DNA of 64,000 nucleotides from Octopus sinensis (taxonomy: Eukaryota): NCBI RefSeq assembly GCF_006345805.1, contig NC_043004.1, positions 46,190,001 through 46,254,000 of the forward strand, read 5' to 3'. The notes beneath the pieces are model-generated. The model was not told where the DNA came from. It was given only the letters and a program-made list of their open reading frames with translations, and made no database searches. The position numbers and the translations under genes were made by a program. Shown here piece by piece: positions 37,193 through 50,520 of this stretch; position 1 is the first letter of the stretch, and each line of letters starts with the position of its first letter.

Positions 37193-38560
37193 CTTTACTA
37201 CCCACAAGGGGCAAAACACAGAGGGGACAAACAAGGACAGACAAAGGGATTAAGTCGATTACATCGACCCCAGTGCGTAACTGGTACTTAATTTATCGAC
37301 CCCGAAAGGATGAAAGGCAAAGTCGACCTCGGCGGAATTTGAACTCGGAACGTAACGACAGACGAAATACGGCTTCGCAGGTCGCCCGGCGCGCTAACCA
37401 CTCTGCCAGCTCGCCGCCTTGTAGGAAATTTCGTAACATTTTATATATATATATATGGTCTCTCTTGACGGTAACTGCAATCATCTGTAGGCTGTTTTCT
37501 TCCTTCTATTCATTTTAAGTACTGAGCATTTGGTAATCTCAAATTCCATACTGCTGTACCTATCACACTTCTGAACTGTTTTGGTTAAGGTATCAATGTC
37601 TCTTTCAGTTTTCCCCAAGAATTTCAGATCATCCATAAGCAGAATATGGTTCAGTGATGGGCTTTCCTTCCAACATCGTTAACCCATCTTAACTTTCCTA
37701 ACTGTCATTGTTATGGGTATTAGCGCAATTACAAAAAGTAACGGAGAAAACGAGTCTCCTTGGAAGATTCTCCTTTTAATATGAACTTTTTCAAGGAATA
37801 CATTAATTGAGTACAATTTGGTTCTCCATTCTTTCATGCTATGCATTTGAAAATTTGTGACGTTGTCAGCAATACCAAACACCTGCAGGCATTCAATGAT
37901 CAAAGAATGAGGCACCATATCACGTGCTTTCTTAAAAGCAATCCACGCCTTAGGCATGTTTGTTTGATGTTTTTTACAATGCCTCATAACTGTTTTATCG
38001 ATGACCAGGTGATACTTGGTACCTTGAGAACTCTTTCTACACATTTTTTGTTCCCTTGGTAGTATTTCTTCCTGTGCCAGAAAATTCTGTCTTTGCCGCA
38101 CATATTTCAGCGAGTATCTTCCAGATTATCTTAAGGCATGCTATAGGGCGGCGGTAGTTTCCCACAATATTACCCTTTCTTCTATCGTTCATTACAAGTC
38201 TTGTCCTCCCAGTTACCATCAATGCAGGGACCGTATCTTTCTGGACACTCATTCAATTAAGCTGCTAGTCTTTCATGCACCGATTAATATCAGCTTGAAT
38301 CCCATCTGGTTCGGGGCTTTCCAATTAGGCACTTCTCTTTCTTGTTCTTCTTCTGATTCTCGTTCTTCGTAACCATCGTTGTCTCTTTTACACCAAATCG
38401 CTATTGTGGGAATTTCCTCCAAAGTGAGTTGGGATAGCGACCGTCCGTCTACGATCACATTCCTTTGGTCTAAAAGTGTTTGTTCAGTGATATGGAACTT
38501 GTCATTCTCTGTCCAAATTTTGTGCTTTTTTCTGGTATCCAACTGGGGTAGGCTTGCTCT
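36022..38560 (-). mobile_element. R4/Dong-clade non-LTR retrotransposon, degenerate, spanning N-terminal domain to 3' UTR with internal deletion
   Basis: Ordered motifs: ITEQTLLDQR..LSQLTLEEI; VPNWKAP; GRTRLVMND..GNYRRPIACL; KKARDMVPHS; IFQGDSFSPLLF; LLMDDLKF; DVNRLYMKRKTGGRGL; QDQALA; RRLDIVI...IIDVA (RLE); KPVVIGALGSIP; AALLGTAYILR. A short 3' UTR then runs into (AAT)n. Confidence 0.92.
37187..37420 (-). mobile_element. Family B SINE nested in the Dong-like element
   Basis: Full monomer ggcgagctggcagagtggttagcgcgccgggcga...B box gAGTTCAAATTCC...ggtagtaaagaaat, with (TA)n runs near both sides. Confidence 0.92.
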
Positions 38561-38626
38561 CGTAATAACATCACATTAAGGTACTATTGCCATTTTGAGT
38601 CCATTTTCCCCTAAACGTTGTAACAG

Positions 38627-38713
38627 TATTCGGATTACGACTAAGTCCAACCAGCTGCACAGTGGAAGACTTACATCACAGAAAACGTCAGTCGGTGTTC
38701 GAGTTTCACAAAA
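38627..38713 (+). CDS. Candidate coding exon (FGLRLSPTSCTVEDLHHRKRQSVFEFHK)
   Basis: Acceptor ccattttcccctaaacgttgtaacAG; donors AA|GTACGT (38714) or AC|GTAAGA (38718); two frames open. Confidence 0.25.
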
Positions 38714-38744
38714 GTACGTAAGATCTATCTTTAATATTTAAATC

Positions 38745-39054
38745 TTTTACTATGCTAGGGCACCGTCTTAAAGGGTTTTAGTCGAATAATTCTACCCTCT
38801 GACTTATTTTTTGAAGCGTTGTACTTATACTCTCGGTATATGTTGTCGAACCGTTCAATTACAGCGATGTAAACAATCACGGTTGTCAAGCAGTGATGGG
38901 AGGACAAATGGCGACAAGGACAGACAGGCACACACAAACATATATATATATATATACACACACTCATACACACACACACACACTCACAGAAACTCAATCA
39001 CACACGCATGCACATATATATGTGTGTGGGAGAGTGTGTGTGTATGTCTGTCGG

Positions 39055-39095
<41 letters not shown>

Positions 39096-39238
39096 GCACA
39101 CACACATATACATAAGCGACGGCTTTTTTTCATATTCCGAGGATATAGCAGAAGATACTTACCTAAGGTCCCACGCAATGAGCTAAACCCACAACCACGT
39201 AGTTGAGAAGCAGGTTTCTTACCATATAGCCACGCCTA
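38745..39238 (-). mobile_element. Diverged family A SINE with expanded internal microsatellite
   Basis: Head at the 39238 side, tail at the 38745 side, about 180 bp of CA/TA/TG repeats inside. Confidence 0.8.
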
Positions 39239-40894
39239 TTTTTTAAAAATATTTTGGTTCTACACACATAAAGAGTATTGTGAGGTGTCTCAACGACCAG
39301 TATTTTCATGGAGACATTATCTCTACTGATTTGCCAGCTAAGACTAAACACGCCCTCTTCCCTCCGCGTTAGATTTACCTTTATGGAAACGTCCACTGGT
39401 GTTTTTGTTTTTGTTGAATTCACTGTCTTCTGTCCTAGCACTACGCCAAACCTATATAATGGAATGATGTAGTAGATAGAAACTGAGACGGAACCCTTCT
39501 TATATATGTGTAGGGGAAGTGATCTATGTTTGCTTGTATACGTATGACTGAGTGTGTCTCTGCGTGTTTACCCATACAGCTGCTTTGTTTACTTCCTCGT
39601 TTCCATAAACAAAAACGATAGAAGCAACAGTCTTCAAAATTAAATCCTAAACTACTGGTGTCGAGAGATGACCTATTGGTGCTCCAGTATGAGCAGAGTT
39701 CAGAGGCTGAAACCTGTAAAAGAGTAACAGTAGAAAAGAGTTTAAAAGTTAACTATTTAAAAGGAAAACACGTATTTAATTAAGATTCAACATATATTGA
39801 TAGATTTACAATAGTCCAAACTTAGACACGGCAAGCAAAGTAAAGAGACAGCTCGTTAGGGGCTACAATGCTGACATGATCTCTAACTAAGATAATGTAA
39901 ACTATTATCTCTGGAGATATCAAAACACTATCTCATTACAAACGATTAAAAAGGAAATTAGATTATTTTTATGATTCATAGGAGACATTCATTTAATAAT
40001 GTCAGTTTCAGAGTGTTTGCAATTATTTGCATTAAATATTTTCCAATGAAATGTAACACAGCGAAAATTCATGTTTACACCAAGTACGTTTAAAATTGTA
40101 TGTGAATATTTGATTTCTCTTAAATATGTACACTTAGGTGAGTACAGGCTTCAGAACTTAGATTATCGAACGGTGTGCAAGAAGCAAGTGTGTTAAAATA
40201 AGCGGAGAGAATGTTCGTACCGTATGTATTCGTAAATAACAATTATATACTTTCTGCATTTTTTAATGCTCTTCAAGTGTCATGTGTCACTTAATGGTCT
40301 CTGTGTTTGCGGGCAGTATATATCAATAACATCATGATACATCATTTCTGTGGGTTTTTTTTCTTTTTTGGCTGTCAACTTCCTTCCGCCTATAGATAAA
40401 GGAAATGATGGCCTTCTACCGTGAAAGAGTAGTAAATTATCTGCTAATTTTAAATAGAAAATGAGACGCCTGAACACAGGAGGATAAGTCATTCTGGATA
40501 CTCAAACTCACCACACATACACACACACACAAACACATACATACATACACACACAAAACTATATGTATATAAATGAATGTGAGTACATGTATGTGTCAGT
40601 GCACACATATTCCCCGTCTGTGTCTGTGTTTAAATATGTACTGCATTTAATGGTTTAATACCACTGTAGATATCATCAACCAAAACACTAAAAGTTTTAT
40701 CTCGGCATGGCCTTAATTTGATTGTTAGAACCAGATAATATAGAAGAATAACAGAATAAAGTTATGTCACCGCGGGTGTATGTATGTATCTATGTATGTA
40801 TGCAAGCATGTATGTATATATGTGAGCATGTCACTGCTATGTTACTTATCTGTTTATCTATCCATGTATATGTATGTGTGTATGCGCGTCTGCG

Positions 40895-40966
<72 letters not shown>

Positions 40967-41589
40967 CTGTTCAACCACTGTAGTGGTTGAATATATTCTT
41001 AAGTCCACAATTTCGTCAATCACAGCAGCTTCCAAGCTTCACCACTAATTCAGTTCTCAACTAAATTGCAAACTGTTAATAGTTTTAAAGGGGACACCCA
41101 CTCAGCTACACTTTGGCATAAATATTTTGAGATTTCGTTCAGTAGAAAAAACGTTACATCAAAATATCTGTAACCTCAAGGGTGGGGGCAGTAAAGCACA
41201 TATTCACCTTCAATTAACATAAACTTTTAAATTTTAAATTAAAAGTATAATTTGTTAGCCTTAAATGATAGGAAAATGCATGAGGAATTCAAAATCACTA
41301 GTCGCATTGAACAAAACTTAGTAGAAAAATAGTTATGATGTAAAATGTTACGAAATTTCCTGTCAGTAAGTAAGAGAGTAAGGGAGTAAAGCATATATAT
41401 CCACATACACATAATATAAATATGTATTGCAGTGTAATATTTGTAATAAGTTTTAATTTCTATGCCTTAATTATACTTTCTTCATTAACGTAAATATGTA
41501 TTTTATTCAATGTAAGGTTTTTTCCTCGAATTTTATAATTTTTATAATTTTTTATATATATATACATATATTTTTAGCTTTTTTTGTTT

Positions 41590-41848
41590 ATCGCTCGAAG
41601 ATTGACCGTTATTTCTAAAGGGCCAATCAAACAAGTCCATTTTTTTAAAGGTGTAGCGTTTGTAAGAGTCTAGATTGAATTGATATATCGTTTCCATTCT
41701 AGCAAAAACTGTCTGATGAACGGCAACGAGAAACTCAGAGTAACAGATTTTGTTGAATTTTCTGCTGCTTTAAATAAAGCATATTACTCTACCACTGGTA
41801 TTTGAGTACTCTTTTTTCCACCTTGTTTCACATTTGTGTGTTTACTCC

Positions 41849-41850
<2 letters not shown>
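41590..41850 (+). mobile_element. Solo Penelope-like pLTR/terminus
   Basis: Contains a type I hammerhead followed by about 100 bp (..aataaagcatattactctaccactggtatttgag..tttactccgg) ending directly in (TA)n. PLE assignment is inferred from the ribozyme and this architecture. Confidence 0.55.
41709..41746 (+). ncRNA. Minimal type I hammerhead ribozyme, near-intact
   Basis: CTGT / CTGATGA / A-CG-GCAA-CG-A / GAA / ACTC-A-GAGT / A / ACAG. Perfect core, GUA cleavage after 41742, stem I 4 bp, palindromic stem III, A-A mismatch at 10.1:11.1. Confidence 0.75.
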
Positions 41851-41893
<43 letters not shown>

Positions 41894-42846
41894 TTCGTTA
41901 AAATCATTACCTTCGTATCTTCAAAATTAACATATATAACTGAATCTGAATGCGATTTAAACGCTGCTCATCTTAATATCAGCATCACATCAGATGTGTT
42001 TAACATGTTGCTGTTGCGAATGACGTGCAGCTGAAAGATTTCGGTTCGCCATATACTGAAACATGTATACATATCTATGTATGCTTCTGCGCATGTCCGT
42101 GTGTTCAGATACATTAAAATATATACTTCTCCATATATATATATATATACATAATACATGCATACATACATACACACATATGTATATATATATATATATA
42201 TATACATAATGATAGAAATTGTAAGACAACAAAGAATGAATGAGACCTCGATATTATTTAAATAGAGTTCATCTGTAAATATAATACGTAACAATTATTT
42301 AGTAGCCATGTGTATGAACATTTTTTGCGCGTGCATGTGTGCGTATATAGATGTGTGCGGGTATACGCGTATATAAACGTGTGTGTTTGTGCCTGCATAC
42401 GAGTATGCGCATATATAGACGTGTTTTACTCTTATTGCTAATTTATTTACTCTTTTTTACACATTTTTCTCTATTTTGCCCTGAGCCCTGTTTTTTCTTG
42501 TGCATATTCGTAAATAGACGTGTGCATGAAACATTTTTGTGCGTATGTGTGTGTGTGTGTGCGAGAGTATATGCGGGTATGTATATATTTTTGGCGAATG
42601 TGTGGGTGAGCATGTGTGTGTAAAAGCATATACTTAAAGGCGTACGTATGTGAGTGTGCGGGCGGGCATATGTATGTATAGACATGCGCTCTTACGCGAA
42701 TACTATGAACATTTTGACCTCCTTATCTTACTCCCTCCCCTCACTTAGCGGTCATTCTAATAGCTAATTTGTCTTAATAACGGTCAATCACACAGTAATT
42801 TCCCTTTGTTTAACGGTCATTTACATAGCATTTTTTCGATGGCCCA

Positions 42847-42905
42847 ATAACTGAAGTGATGGTTGCGTGGGTCTACGCCCCGACATCCGAAACTCGGAGT
42901 TTTAT
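42847..42905 (+). ncRNA. Type I hammerhead-like motif with extended stem II
   Basis: ATAA / CTGAAGT / GATG...GCGTG-GGTC-TACGC...CATC(C) / GAA / ACTC-G-GAGT / T / TTAT. A9 position altered. Confidence 0.55.
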
Positions 42906-42956
42906 CATAGCTACCGAATAATTGTCACATTTTACAGATACAGACAGACAGACAGA

Positions 42957-42992
<36 letters not shown>

Positions 42993-43254
42993 ACACACAC
43001 ACATATATATATATGTATATAAATATATATATATATACATGCATACTTACGCTATATATATTCGAAAGAAACCATATTCTCTACAAGTGTAAAAGTAGTT
43101 CCCTCTTCATGGCTTAAATTTCATGCTAAATCGTTTGGTCCGCTTGCGAAATACCTACTACTTACTGTTTTGTAAAAATGCAGTCGAAAGAAATATATTG
43201 CCACTGTATATTTCTCTGCATTTAATGTATAGACATATGACACACATATATCCA

Positions 43255-43609
43255 ATAGTATATATATGTATATATATACATATGAATATATATATATTAT
43301 ATATATATAATATATATATATATATATTATATATATATATAGATGCATATATATACATATATGCATATATATACATATATATACATTCATATATGAATAT
43401 ATATATATATATGCATATATATACATATATATACATTCATATATGAATATATATGCATATATATATATATATATCTCTATATATATATATATATATTATA
43501 TATATATAATATACATATGAATATATATATATACATATAAATATATATATATATATACATATATATATACATACATATATATATATATATAATATAATAT
43601 ATATAATAT

Positions 43610-43665
<56 letters not shown>
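43255..43665. repeat. Long imperfect (TA)n
   Basis: Seen directly; contains short higher-order duplications (catatatatacattcatatatgaat). Confidence 0.95.
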
Positions 43666-43667
<2 letters not shown>

Positions 43668-44013
43668 CATATGTATTTACATATGGGTGTAATTTAAACA
43701 ATCATTTGAATTTGATCTACAGTTGATTGAAGGCAGAATGGCTTTGGTACAACTCTGATTAGTATGACAAAAAACGAAAAGCAACTAAAAAGTAATACTA
43801 ATGTATTCAAAGGAGTAACTTGATGACAACTATTGTGGTGGGGCTGATCGAATAATTAAATAGCATGTTACCAACCAACTTTCAACATAAGGCGTGTCAC
43901 ACATCCTCCATAAACACGCAACCTGCTAATTATGTTGCTTATACATTTGTAGATATATATATATTCTTATGTGTGCACACACATATATATATGTGCATAT
44001 ATTTGTATGTATT

Positions 44014-44024
<11 letters not shown>

Positions 44025-44093
<69 letters not shown>

Positions 44094-44160
44094 CATACAT
44101 ACATACATACATACATACATACATACATACATACATACATACATACATACATACATGCAT
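44025..44160. repeat. (TA)n plus (TACA)n
   Basis: Seen directly. Confidence 0.95.
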
Positions 44161-44914
44161 GTATACATATGTACATACACACAAGCACTCAAGACGAAAG
44201 AAAGGAATTACAGGAGCGTGGCTGAAACCATCTTAACGTTAACAGCATCTCACAGTATATCTATACGATAACCTGTCGTAAACACGCAATCACGCCATTT
44301 AGTTATAGCCATTTATTTCAATCTTTCGTTTCTGAGTATAACACAACTATATATGTACAAAGAATTGCTATTTGAACCACACTACATACATTAACCAATC
44401 TATCAGATCGGTTATTGTTGTACGACATATAAGGATTAAACAAAGCTTATTAATCAAATTTAAACAAATATTCCCTAGGAAATGTGGCAAGTTCTTCCAA
44501 ACTTTATTTCTTCTGTCACGTAATGCAAGTTCTGCTATGCTATTTTGTTTGCACCCAAGTCGAGAACCAAATATGTTGCTTCGACCCTAGTCATTTGTTC
44601 TTCTTCCTTTCAATCCAAAATTAGAAGAAAAAAACGTCAATTTAACATGTCGCCATTCTTAATCGGTTATCTTTCTAGGAGCAGAGAATTGGTTGAACAA
44701 TATTCTTTTCAATTATCAGCAAAATAGTAAGGAATTTAGAAGAGATTATCTTCTTTAAATCACAGCGGTGCATATACTGAAATCGGAAAGCCAGAAATTA
44801 GCGAGGTTCCTGCACAAGGAGGCAATGCATTTCATGCAATGTTCTGCATATTTTCATTAAAGGGTTGTGTCCCAGCAAGACTGCAGCTGAGAGCCACCGC
44901 CTGGTACTGCTATT

Positions 44915-45435
<521 letters not shown>

Positions 45436-46149
45436 GGTGCCAAAATTTGAAACCATAATTATTAAGTTTTTAACAATCTTCCAGCATTTATGGATATTAC
45501 ACTTTGCTCATAATAATTAACCAACGCTTCCATGCACGGATATTTCATCATTAACACGTTTTGCGTTTTATTCAAAGAACACTATGGACATTCCACCAGT
45601 GGGGCTCAATGGTCCATTGACTTACTTTTGAACTGTTAGTATTATGGCAGTGCAACAGGATGTGTCATATTAAAATGGCACACGCATGTATACGTATCGT
45701 TATTTATTCTAGAGTAACGTTTCGCAATAAAGAGTTGTATTGATCATATACCTGAGTATATTGGGAAGAAGCCCCTTATTCTTACATCACACCGCTATAT
45801 ATATTGCAGCGGTTACTACTACAAGATTTATTCATGACATTACATCGATTAAATTATATCACATTTTCCTTAGAACATCTTATTTAATGTACAAGTGGAA
45901 ATCTTTGGAAACGGCTATATATGTTATATCTCGTAAATGCAGTCGTAACATGTCATTCTCTTTGTTTGCATAGAAGGAATAACATATTGCTTCCTTTAAA
46001 ATGCTACGTAGTCGTCGTCCATGAATATATGTGAAATACCCGGCTATAAAAACTGAGTACGTTGCTTCCCTTGGATATCATGTAAATGTGTATTCCGAAT
46101 CATACCTACATACCCCACCACCAGCACCACACAGACACACACAAACACA

Positions 46150-46189
<40 letters not shown>

Positions 46190-46766
46190 ACACACACACA
46201 CAATATATTGCAGCTTTTAAAATGTTCATCGATCATGTGTATAATGGTAAAAAAAAGTCAATATGAGAATATATTTAAGTAAATAATTCTGTATAATTCA
46301 AAGTCTATTAACCGCGTTAGAATACGTAAGAGCTTATCAGTTCAACAACACTATTTTTGCAGAGATTATCGGCATCTACATCAAACATCTTTGAAGATTT
46401 TGTAACTCCTTACTAGAGTGAGAAACAATTGTTTGTAATACATATTGTCAACAAAATTTTCTTCTATGGATGTAAAGAATTGTTTTGTCTTTAGAAGGAA
46501 AGATGAAGGCTAGCACAGTGGCATTTTAAGTCGGTTCATCTGCAATAAATAACAAATACTGCAAGACATTTACTTACGCAGGAAGGTTACTGATTTTGCC
46601 ATTGCACTATTTCTAGAAATATTCTTGTAATGTATTGATATAATATAGTACAGCGATGAAACTAGAAGATGTCTCTTTTATCAAACTGTGATATATATAA
46701 TTGTGTGTGTGCGTGTGTGTGTGTGTATGTATGTATATATATATATTATATATATATATATATATA

Positions 46767-46815
<49 letters not shown>

Positions 46816-47420
46816 TGGAGGGATGATAGATACATGCTTTATGCCAGATTCAATAAAATGAGCAATATAATTGCTTTCATTCTTGAGACTTTCGTAAATG
46901 CAACAGAAATAAATTTTAAGCTTTGAGGATTTAATAGAGGATGATTCAGATCACCAGTTTTACGGCATTGAATTCATGAGGATTGAAATGCTTCTTGTAT
47001 AGCAAATCCATGCATTAGAAATGATATTTCTGTTGGTTGTAGTAAATATTTACAACTCTTCAGTATGCGGAAACTATTGGTGTTAAATGTTTTCATATTT
47101 CTTCATCACTTTGTATTTCGATCCAACAAGGTAGTCAAACCAAATAGATATAAAACTAAGCCTTCCATGAAATCTCAGTCTATCTCTGTAAAAGTAACAC
47201 TCTAAATAATATAGTTGTGTGTTCCGTGCACATAAGAAACGACGGGAAAAGTTTTTAATGAATGGAAGTGGTAATAGATCTGACGTAGATTTAAACGACA
47301 GAAAGAACAGCAAACTTTATACTGGCACCAGCGGGAGAAACGATGCGCAATTCCGTCCAAAAAAGTAAACGTTCTGAAGCCCAGGGGATGTTGATGGTCT
47401 CTTTCTACACACGAACTCAG

Positions 47421-47516
47421 AATGGGCGAAACGGCGCTCCTCTCCCGATCGGAGGCGGTCGTATATCGCAGCTATTGCAACGCGACGAATGCACAGTGTC
47501 AAGTGGACAACTTTTG
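47421..47516 (+). CDS. Candidate coding exon, frame uncertain (e.g. WAKRRSSPDRRRSYIAAIATRRMHSVKWTTF)
   Basis: GC/CpG-rich island of non-repeat sequence, acceptor ggtctctttctacacacgaactcAG, donor TTG|GTAAGC, 96 nt. All three frames are open. Confidence 0.3.
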
Positions 47517-47916
47517 GTAAGCAGAACTGTGACGTGGGATGAACCGAACGTCCGACTAAGGCTTTGGATACAAGTTACAGTGAAACATTGAAGGCGGGAT
47601 ATAAATACTATATTAATTTTGTACATACGTACAAGACGTATTCCATATTTATTTTTGAGAATGAAGAGAACCGAAATAAATATTTCCTATTTAGATACAA
47701 TGCCAGTAATTTCGAGGAATTGTTTTATCCATTGTAAGAATCCACTACTTCATAAGTAATGTTTTTTTCCCGACACCAGAAAAGCGGAATAGGGTTGAGC
47801 TCGGTGTATTTTGGATCTGGAACCTAGTGAATAGGGAAAAATCATTTGCAATCGTATAACGGTTCTACCAGTTTCGTTGTCTTGCAGAAAGCATTAAATA
47901 CTTCAAATAATTCAAA

Positions 47917-48348
47917 TAGGCACAGAACAGGCTGAGTGGTAAGTAGCTTGCTTACGAACCATATGGTTCCGGGTTCATTCCCACTCCGTGGCACCTTGGG
48001 CATGTGTCTTCTACTATAGCCTCGGGCCGACCAAAGCCTCGTGAGTGAATTTGGTAGACGGAAACTGGAAGAAGCCCGTCGTATATATGTATATATATAT
48101 ATGTATGTGTGTATATGTTTGTGTGTCTGTGTTTGTCCCCCCACCATCGCTTGACAACCGAAGCTGGTGTGTTTACGTCCCCGTTACTTAGCGGTTCAGC
48201 AAAAGAGACTGATCGAATAAGTACTAGGCTTATAAAGAATAAGTCCTAGAGTCTATTTACTCGATTAAAAAACGGTGCTCCAGCATGACGGCAGTCAAAT
48301 GACTGAAACAAGTAAAAGATTAAAAAGAGTAAAAAGAGAAAAAGAGAG
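47917..48348 (+). mobile_element. Full-length family A SINE
   Basis: Head, body, short microsatellite and tail ending gactgaaacaagtaaaagattaaaaagag. Confidence 0.92.
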
Positions 48349-49300
48349 TAAAGTTGCGGGCGTTGAGGTCTACATTGTCGTTAATAAAGTTAATTTGTCA
48401 TTAGGCTCAGTGTATTTCAAAATTTGCTGCTTTCGTCCAAACTTTCACACAGAATATCAAATATTTACAACATAAGCATACAATTCTGATCGATAAAATA
48501 CACTCCTTGGGAATGCAAGGATATCGATAAAATTTAAATAAAATGAGGCGGGCATGTTTACCTTATAAGAAGCAAATGACGTAGAAAGGTTACCAATAAA
48601 CTTACATCCTGCGAAGGAGACGGGAGGAGTGTAGACTTATATACTTTTTTCTATGTACAGATTGCAAGACCTATTTATTCTTCCAACATTTTGCACAATC
48701 GCATTAATTTCTTCTACGAGTACAATACCTCTGATATAACGGTGTTGCTTCATATTCGTTCTAACATTCTGCACAATTACATTAATTACTTATGTAACTG
48801 TAACAACTCTGATTGATGATGGAAGAGATTTTGGGTTGTAAAATTTAGATACACATATAGTTTTCAGTAATTAACCGAGTGACGTAAAGTGTCAAAACAA
48901 CCAAGTAAAAGCAGCACATACACACATCTCGGTTGCATTTATCTTGATGCAACAGCTTTCAGTTTTGTATTCGCAGACAATTTAATATCTAAATAAAGAT
49001 ACCACCTACAATCAAAACCCACATATTTAGAATTCATTCGGAAATGGGAGCAAGTAATTCTGAGTCTTTTTGAGGGGACTGGTATGCAAATAAAACTCAG
49101 AAACTTGATTAATTAGACCAAATATATTATTGGAAACGTCTTAAAAAATCAGCTGGACAGTTAAGACATCGAATGGACAGAGACGTGAGATCGATTCTCA
49201 ATATTGTTTTCTGCGCCCTGAGCTTATATCCCAACATGGGAACGTTTGTATTTTAGCCTCCTAGCGTTGATAAAAAATTAATGATCCTGGGTTTTCAATT

Positions 49301-49754
49301 GGGATTTTCAGTTTGACCGGCAGTTTTTTAAAAATAATTTCCACGTAACTTTTAAACTTCGTATACTGGTAGAATGTGTTTATAAAACATATTTTTTCTC
49401 TTGGCTTTATTGAGAGAATTCTGTTAGTTTCTAAGATATTTGTTGTTTTTTCCTTCAATTTCTGCAATCTCAACCAATCAGTGACGTCTATTGAGGTGAA
49501 ATATGTCAAAATATGCCGTTTGAATATGTCTCTCGTTTAAGAAACAGATTGGGTTTATTTACATTTCTGAAGAAAAAAAGATACTTTTTCCCCTCTCCTA
49601 ACCCTAACCCTAACCCTAACCGTAACTAACCCTAACTCTAACCTTAACCCTAAAACAGGTTGAAATGCAATAGATCGATACTAGGTTCATAATTATAGGT
49701 GACAATTTCATATGACACCGCTAAAAAAAACTGCCGTTCAAACCGAAAAGATCC
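49301..49754. mobile_element. Second MITE copy with expanded telomere-like (CCCTAA)n
   Basis: Colinear with 31430-31840. Left TIR degenerate, right TIR intact. About ten CCCTAA-like units at 49597-49653. Confidence 0.92.
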
Positions 49755-50194
49755 TTCAACTGGTGTAACTGTTAAAATATCGTAGATGACCTTCGGTATT
49801 TCTTCCAACTCTGAAAGTATCACCTATGTTGCCAAGTGTGATCGGTTCAAGTCAGTGTCCTTTCCTTTTAATAAACAATTCATATTCTGCAATGAAGAGA
49901 TCGCATATATGAGCAGCAACTAGTCTTACTGAATATGTATAGCACACTTGATCTTCCGAGGCAGTGTAATGTGAAATTCTACTTCGAAAATAATGCAATT
50001 AATGATTATAATGTTATAGCAGAACAGTCTTTCATTTCATCTATACTTACGCCCATCATAGAACCTTCCATACATCCGTCCAACCGCTCGTCTATCCAGC
50101 AGGTTATTCATCCATATTCTGACTTTCCCTCCCTCCAATACTCAATCCAACCATCTATTCAGACATAAATATATGTGTGCGCGCGCGTGTGCAA

Positions 50195-50520
50195 GTATAT
50201 GTATGTATGTATGCATGTATTTATGTATGTGTGTGTGTGTATGTATGTATGTATGTATGTACGTATGTATGTATGTACGTATGTATGTATGTATGTATGT
50301 ATGTGTGTATGTAGGTATGTATGTACGTATGTATGTATGTACGTACGTACGTATGTATGTATGTACGTATGTATGTATATATGTATGTATGAACGTATGT
50401 ATGTACGTACGTACGTACGTATGTATGTATGTATGTATGTATGTATGCATGTACGTACGTATGTATGTATGCATGTATGTATGCATGTATGTATGTATGT
50501 ATGTATGTACGTATGTATGC
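50195..50520. repeat. (TATG)n/(TACG)n tetranucleotide array
   Basis: Seen directly. Confidence 0.95.

Noticed and set aside
40120-40143. Recursive-splice-like TAG|GTGAGT
   Set aside because: The pyrimidine tract is short and separated from the AG, there is no established host intron, and it is expected by chance.
49597-49653. True telomere or chromosome-fusion site
   Set aside because: Short, degenerate and internal to a TIR-bounded MITE present twice in the window.
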